A stretch of DNA of 39,671 nucleotides from positions 1 through 39,671 of IMG/VR virus record IMGVR_UViG_3300030372_003590. One strand, 5' to 3'. Positions 35,648 to 39,671 of this stretch are shown here, piece by piece. This DNA comes from a virus (lineage: Duplodnaviria; Caudoviricetes). Position 1 is the first letter of the stretch; every line of letters begins with the position of its first letter. The translations under genes were made by a program, and so were the position numbers. Under the pieces are notes generated by a model, which searched no databases, was not told the origin of the DNA, and saw nothing but the letters and a program-made list of their open reading frames with translations.

Positions 35648-35914
35648 TCATTTAGCTATTCGATATGTAGATATAGGTGCATTTCTATGTCTCCCTTCTT
35701 TCATTCTTGTTAGTTCTCGGCGCATGTCATCAATTAAATCGTACATTAATACACGATGTTTTATTGTCTCGGTACTTGGTTCTACGTAATCAAGTTCCCT
35801 TGCTATGAGATCTAGGTAAAACTCTACCTTTCTGTCCTCTAAATCTTTTGATACTTGTTCTGGATAATCATCCCAAAAACGTTCCCAATACTGTTCACTA
35901 TGAATATCACTCAT
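35648..35914 (-). CDS. Hypothetical protein (MSDIHSEQYWERFW...)
   Basis: Start reassigned to ATG 35914 after AAGGAG. Confidence 0.7.
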   Translation of the reverse strand: MSDIHSEQYWERFWDDYPEQVSKDLEDRKVEFYLDLIARELDYVEPSTETIKHRVLMYDLIDDMRRELTRMKEGRHRNAPISTYRIAK

Positions 35915-36006
35915 AATATTTCTCCTTTCATTATCACGATTCCAAGTGTCAAACCAGCAGCAATGCCAGTCGCTAATCCCAAGACGTAACAAACAACCTC
36001 CATCAT
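35911..36006 (-). CDS. Single-TM micropeptide MMEVVCYVLGLATGIAAGLTLGIVIMKGEIL
   Basis: Manual translation; SD GAGGAGG; ATGA overlap with the next gene. Confidence 0.65.
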   Translation of the reverse strand: MMEVVCYVLGLATGIAAGLTLGIVIMKGEIL

Positions 36007-36014
36007 TCCCTCCT

Positions 36015-36323
36015 CTAATATTGTAACGACCAGTCCACAAGATCTATAATTACTGTTGGTTCACCCCCTCCTGAATATTGGTCTTCCATGTTTGGCACTA
36101 AAGATATCCCTGAGCCTGTTGGAGAATTGTGGCTGCCAGTATTCTCTATCAAATAATCTAGGATTATTCTTACGGCATACTCCTCATCGTCTTGCCGTTT
36201 CATTACAGTTACAGTTTGCATTGCCTCACGGCTAATGTCTGGCAAAGTAAAACCGTGACTATGCGTATAGAAATATAAAGAACCATTACTCGTCTTTACC
36301 TCAGCCATTCTTCGATCACCCAT
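36015..36323 (-). CDS. Conserved-type phage hypothetical protein
   Basis: MGDR..LYFYTH..G motif. Confidence 0.75.
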   Translation of the reverse strand: MGDRRMAEVKTSNGSLYFYTHSHGFTLPDISREAMQTVTVMKRQDDEEYAVRIILDYLIENTGSHNSPTGSGISLVPNMEDQYSGGGEPTVIIDLVDWSLQY

Positions 36324-36346
36324 TATTTAACTTCCCTTCTTTTCAA

Positions 36347-36712
36347 TCATTGCTTATGTTCAACGCTTTCAAGGCTACTAGCCCTGAGTGAATTATCCCT
36401 CTCCAAGAGTAGGAAGTTATTTTTCGTCAAACTCTCAATGTGCCACCAAAAGCGAACCGCTTCAGAGACGTCAATTTTAAGGGGCTTATTATTTTGCATA
36501 CAGCCTTCAATGTTTTCTTTAATACCCACCTTGTTCTTGCAGTAACCATAGGTATTTTCTTTATCGTAATAGTTGAACATTCCTTCCCATTTCTCCAAAT
36601 TCTCATCGAGTAAATTTGGGTCATCATTATTGCTCAAAGCCTCATAACAATTAGGACATTCAATCAACATTTTCATTGTATAAACATCATGCAAACTAGC
36701 TTTTTGTATCAC
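36347..36712 (-). CDS. Zinc-binding hypothetical protein (CPNC)
   Basis: Start moved to GTG 36712 because the track start overlaps the -10 box. Confidence 0.6.
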   Translation of the reverse strand: MIQKASLHDVYTMKMLIECPNCYEALSNNDDPNLLDENLEKWEGMFNYYDKENTYGYCKNKVGIKENIEGCMQNNKPLKIDVSEAVRFWWHIESLTKNNFLLLERDNSLRASSLESVEHKQ

Positions 36713-36758
36713 TACAATACCTTTCTCATTAGCTGACCTCTCTGTCAACCTTGTATTC

Positions 36759-36788
36759 ACTATAACATAATACCTTATACCTTGTCAA
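36759..36788 (-). promoter_or_regulatory. Promoter TTGACA-18-TATAGT with TGn extension
   Basis: Near consensus; A-tract upstream. Confidence 0.7.
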
Positions 36789-36838
36789 GGGGGTAAATCA
36801 ATTTATTTTATTTTTTTTCTGACGTTATGTAAACTAAA

Positions 36839-37045
36839 CTAGAACATTTGTTCTAAAAACTTAGTTTTGCAATTTTCGTGAATATAAAATGTCACTTTCA
36901 CATCTGATAATTTTAATTGCCCCTCAATCAAATTATTCTCTTTTTTACAAACCACACAAGATTTATGCCCCTCGATTACAATCTTTCTTCTCTTATTAAT
37001 AAAGATGCTATCTAGCTTATTCAAACCAATTTCAGCTGACCGCAT
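36839..37045 (-). CDS. Small zinc-finger hypothetical protein
   Basis: CVVC...HENC motif. Confidence 0.6.
   Translation of the reverse strand: MRSAEIGLNKLDSIFINKRRKIVIEGHKSCVVCKKENNLIEGQLKLSDVKVTFYIHENCKTKFLEQMF
36840..36855. promoter_or_regulatory. LexA-like operator TAGAAC-ATTT-GTTCTA
   Basis: Palindrome matching GAAC-N4-GTTC; ~50 bp upstream of a -35 box; overlaps a stop codon. Confidence 0.5.
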
Positions 37046-37755
37046 GACAATCTTTCTTGTGCAATTTCTATATAATCTTTTGATATTTCTGAGCCTATAT
37101 ATTTTCGATTAAGATTTTGACAAGCAACAGCAGTAGAGCCAGATCCCATGAATGGATCGTAAACTATTTGATTTTCTTCAGTAAAATTTGTAAGAATTTT
37201 TTCCACTAAAGAAACAGGAAAGCTTGCTTTGTGTTTGCTTTTCTTTTCTGATCCTAGTTCCCATAAATTATCTAAAGTTCCGCGTTCAAATTTTGGATTT
37301 GAGAACATGCGACTAATCGCATCATTTTTATCAAAAACTAATATAAATTCATATCTACTATTCATAACTCCTTTTTGCATTGCTGGTTGCGCTTTTAGTT
37401 TATCCCAAACAATCATTTCTTTAAGGTATTCTGAAAACTCGCCTATCATTTTAAATAATGATCGCTTGCTACCAGTAACTAATTGAATGTTATAAAACAC
37501 TAATGGCGATACTCGTAAAAGTTCCCTTAAAACTGATGAATGAAATTCATTGTATTTTTCAATAGGAATATTATCTTTAAATTCATTGTCGTATTTTGTG
37601 CTAAATTCTTTGACAATTTGTCTAGATGTATATTCACCATTTCTAATACGAAGATTCATGTTATAAGGTGGAGAAGTAATAACTAAATCCACCGTATTAT
37701 CCTCCATGCGCTTTAATGTATCTATGCATGATTCATTGTAAATAGTATTAGCCAT
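37021..37755 (-). CDS. DNA N4-cytosine/N6-adenine methyltransferase (beta class)
   Basis: DLVITSPPY, H.ASFP, DPFMGSGST, IGSEIS motifs. Confidence 0.93.
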   Translation of the reverse strand: MANTIYNESCIDTLKRMEDNTVDLVITSPPYNMNLRIRNGEYTSRQIVKEFSTKYDNEFKDNIPIEKYNEFHSSVLRELLRVSPLVFYNIQLVTGSKRSLFKMIGEFSEYLKEMIVWDKLKAQPAMQKGVMNSRYEFILVFDKNDAISRMFSNPKFERGTLDNLWELGSEKKSKHKASFPVSLVEKILTNFTEENQIVYDPFMGSGSTAVACQNLNRKYIGSEISKDYIEIAQERLSCGQLKLV

Positions 37756-37758
37756 TTT

Positions 37759-37956
37759 CTATCCTCCTTTTGATAATTCTGCTGTTCCTACTTTATTGCC
37801 ATTACTATCTCTCAAATACATATCACTTTCTTCTATATCCATTTCAACATCAAAATCTACTAATCGAAGTGCTTGTTTTAAAATCCTTTCTACTTCAAAA
37901 AGCGGATCATCTGCAAAAGAATCATTATCCAAGTCAATATTAATATTCAAATTCAT
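37759..37956 (-). CDS. Small acidic conserved-type phage protein
   Basis: DNDSF..EV.RIL..LRDSNGNKVG motif. Confidence 0.8.
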   Translation of the reverse strand: MNLNINIDLDNDSFADDPLFEVERILKQALRLVDFDVEMDIEESDMYLRDSNGNKVGTAELSKGG

Positions 37957-38171
37957 ATCTGAAACTCTACTCCCTTAAGAATGTCCCTAACCCTCTCTCT
38001 ATCGACGCTATCACCACCAGCCCAAGTGTCATAATTTCTTTTATATTCATCTGTTGCTTGTATGATTCTTTCGCGTGTTAATCCCTCGATTGGATAAAGC
38101 CCATTTTCAGAATCATAGAAATCAAACATACATTTTATAAAAAATTCGAGTTCATCTTTTGCTAATTCCAT
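37953..38171 (-). CDS. Small hypothetical protein
   Basis: GGDSVDRERVRDI motif; SD present. Confidence 0.75.
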   Translation of the reverse strand: MELAKDELEFFIKCMFDFYDSENGLYPIEGLTRERIIQATDEYKRNYDTWAGGDSVDRERVRDILKGVEFQI

Positions 38172-38187
38172 TTTTAGATCCTCTCTC

Positions 38188-38406
38188 CTAAAATGTTAAC
38201 TTTTCTTCAGAAACTTTTACCGCGTCGACGCCCTCTAACCATTTATTAATATGTTTAGATGTTGTGACGGAATAAAACTGATCACTTCTCACATATCCGA
38301 TTTCTGGTAAGTATCCTGCTACTGGTGTTTCATAGCTGAAAAAAATTACCGTTCCATCTTCATGATCAATTTGTGTTTGATTACTTCCAATTACTTTAAC
38401 TTTCAT
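38188..38406 (-). CDS. Small conserved-type phage protein
   Basis: FSYETPVA...YSVTTSKHINKWL motif. Confidence 0.8.
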   Translation of the reverse strand: MKVKVIGSNQTQIDHEDGTVIFFSYETPVAGYLPEIGYVRSDQFYSVTTSKHINKWLEGVDAVKVSEEKLTF

Positions 38407-38475
38407 TTTCTTAACCTCTCTTTTAAAAATCCTATTATTACCTATAACATACTATTTATCATTTGTCAAGCATAA

Positions 38476-38504
38476 AGATTATTTTTATTCTAACTTCATG
38501 TCAA
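38476..38504 (-). promoter_or_regulatory. Promoter TTGACA-17-TAATCT (a second TTGACA at 38464-38469)
   Basis: Motif spacing in an AT-rich gap. Confidence 0.6.
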
Positions 38505-38506
38505 CA

Positions 38507-38520
38507 AGAACAAATGTTCT
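38507..38520. promoter_or_regulatory. LexA-like operator AGAAC-AAAT-GTTCT
   Basis: Palindrome 2 bp from a -35 box; exact reverse complement of 36841-36854. Confidence 0.6.
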
Positions 38521-38527
38521 ATTTTAC

Positions 38528-38641
38528 CTAACGCTGTTTTTCCTCCTCTCTTTTATAAAATTCTTTGATATCTTTGTGCGATTGCCATAAAAAGCATGTC
38601 GCGCCGATTAACATTATTGATAAAACTATCCAAAAAACCAT
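38528..38641 (-). CDS. Small membrane protein (37 aa)
   Basis: Manual translation MVFWIVLSIMLIGATCFLWQSHKDIKEFYKREEEKQR. Confidence 0.7.
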   Translation of the reverse strand: MVFWIVLSIMLIGATCFLWQSHKDIKEFYKREEEKQR

Positions 38642-38643
38642 TT

Positions 38644-38781
38644 TTAAATTTCCTCTTTTTCTATAAATTTATAATCATTTAAATCTGTATCGTATCCTAA
38701 TAATTCTAATAAAAACTCCTTTGCATTTTCGATATCGTCGAATATTTCGCCCTCAAAACAGTCCTCAATAATTACACTCAT
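38644..38781 (-). CDS. Small acidic protein (45 aa), paralog of 102-239
   Basis: Frame conserved between copies. Confidence 0.75.
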   Translation of the reverse strand: MSVIIEDCFEGEIFDDIENAKEFLLELLGYDTDLNDYKFIEKEEI

Positions 38782-38786
38782 TTTTC

Positions 38787-39233
38787 TTAATCCCTCCCGT
38801 ATAGGTCATCTTTATAATGTTCTAAAAATGATTGATACTCGGCTTCAAAATCATCATCAATAACTACTGTTTCTCCATCGAGCAAATGATCTGCTAGTTC
38901 GTCATTGTCAATTTTTGCATATTTAAACCTTATCCCTAAGGCATAAGCGCAATCACAATCGATTAACTCATCTTCGCCAGCAGAAAATAATTGATCGTGA
39001 TCTTTATCCTCACATAAACTGTATGCTTCATCTTGCCAAATTTGCATATCTGCGATTAAAAACTGTTCTATTTCGTGGCTATCCGTACCGACTGCGATCG
39101 TGCATGGATCGTTGAGTCCAAATCTTACAAATCCGATAAAAAATTCCCTCTCTTTTGTGTCCATTTGCATATCAAGAAATCTGATAACTTCTTGTTTTTC
39201 TGCTTCGTACGCTTGCCCGTATTTATAAACCAT
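38787..39233 (-). CDS. Acidic early protein, allele B (148 aa)
   Basis: SD AAGGAG; paralog of 245-700. Confidence 0.85.
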   Translation of the reverse strand: MVYKYGQAYEAEKQEVIRFLDMQMDTKEREFFIGFVRFGLNDPCTIAVGTDSHEIEQFLIADMQIWQDEAYSLCEDKDHDQLFSAGEDELIDCDCAYALGIRFKYAKIDNDELADHLLDGETVVIDDDFEAEYQSFLEHYKDDLYGRD

Positions 39234-39252
39234 TTTCTAACTCTCCTTAGTA

Positions 39253-39328
39253 CTTGGCTATCTCGTCAGGTGATGCAAGCCAAAATGCACCACTACAAGC
39301 GACCCTATAAAGGGTCGCAGGTTTCGAC
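39253..39328 (-). ncRNA. Type II hammerhead ribozyme with pseudoknot
   Basis: GUC-GAAA-C[stem III GCGACCCU/AGGGUCGC]-GUA-[stem I GUGGUGCA/UGCAUCAC]-CUGACGA-GAU; loop I UUUGGCU pairs with the 3' AGCCAAG. Confidence 0.92.
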
Positions 39329-39607
39329 TTATTTTAAGATGCTTTTTTGATTGACGGATTTATAGCCCTTGACCTTTATTTGTGCCAGCTTCACCGCCCC
39401 ACCTGCTACTTGATTCCATTCGACGAAGTGCGGAACAGATTTCGTTAACTCGTTCTCTAGGTAAACTCGTAAATCTTCCGAGGTGAACTCTTCTACCTCG
39501 TCAATTTCACCAGCTGAAACGATGTAAACATGTTCCACTTTTACCATGAAAGTATTAGGAACTTTTGTACCATCTTCTAAAATTACATCTCCATAATTCA
39601 TAATCAA
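39329..39607 (-). CDS. Hypothetical protein specific to cassette copy B
   Basis: ORF track; ATG likely at 39601 after AGAGAGG. Confidence 0.75.
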   Translation of the reverse strand: MIMNYGDVILEDGTKVPNTFMVKVEHVYIVSAGEIDEVEEFTSEDLRVYLENELTKSVPHFVEWNQVAGGAVKLAQIKVKGYKSVNQKSILK

Positions 39608-39671
39608 TTCCTCTCTTTATTCGTAGCGTGTTAGTGTTTGCTACGCGCAAGCCATCAAAGTGTTAACCTTG

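Larger units (their letters stand above)
38543..39671. repeat. Copy B of the diverged early cassette
   Basis: See copy A (1-1025). Confidence 0.95.

Noticed and set aside
1-39671. Genome-wide stop-codon reassignment, tRNA genes, integrase, spanins
   Set aside because: Genes are intact and densely packed under the standard code; no tRNA cloverleaf, recombinase or lipoprotein spanin motif was recognised by eye (a tRNAscan/HMM run would confirm).

Overview
Near-complete ~39 kb genome of a tailed, podovirus-like dsDNA phage with no recognisable integrase, DNA polymerase or RNA polymerase. The + strand arm (2627-28672) carries terminase small/large subunits, portal, two very large putative internal/ejection proteins, scaffold, major capsid, tail tubular proteins, an array of small tail/receptor-binding paralogs, lysis genes (amidase, holin-like), a standalone class II ribonucleotide reductase-type C-terminal zinc ribbon, a metallophosphoesterase and a FokI-like adenine methyltransferase. 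The - strand arm (28673-39671 plus 1-1950) carries a RuvC-like resolvase, a secreted transglycosylase, a Cas4/RecB-like nuclease, an HNH-like protein, an AAA+ helicase-wHTH, a ParB-like protein, an N4/N6 methyltransferase and many small acidic early genes. The window ends are two diverged versions of the same ~1 kb early cassette (1-1025 vs 38543-39671). The most notable signals are at the RNA level: a complete type II pseudoknotted hammerhead ribozyme (- strand, 39253-39328) present in only one cassette version; a promoter-driven three-hairpin RNA with anti-Shine-Dalgarno-like loops (29672-29812); and structured leaders in front of several early genes. Two Gram-positive/Chloroflexi-type LexA-like boxes (AGAAC-N4-GTTCT) and a probably leaderless terS transcript hint at a monoderm (Chloroflexota/Actinomycetota-like) host. 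All family assignments come from motif recognition by eye, not database searches.
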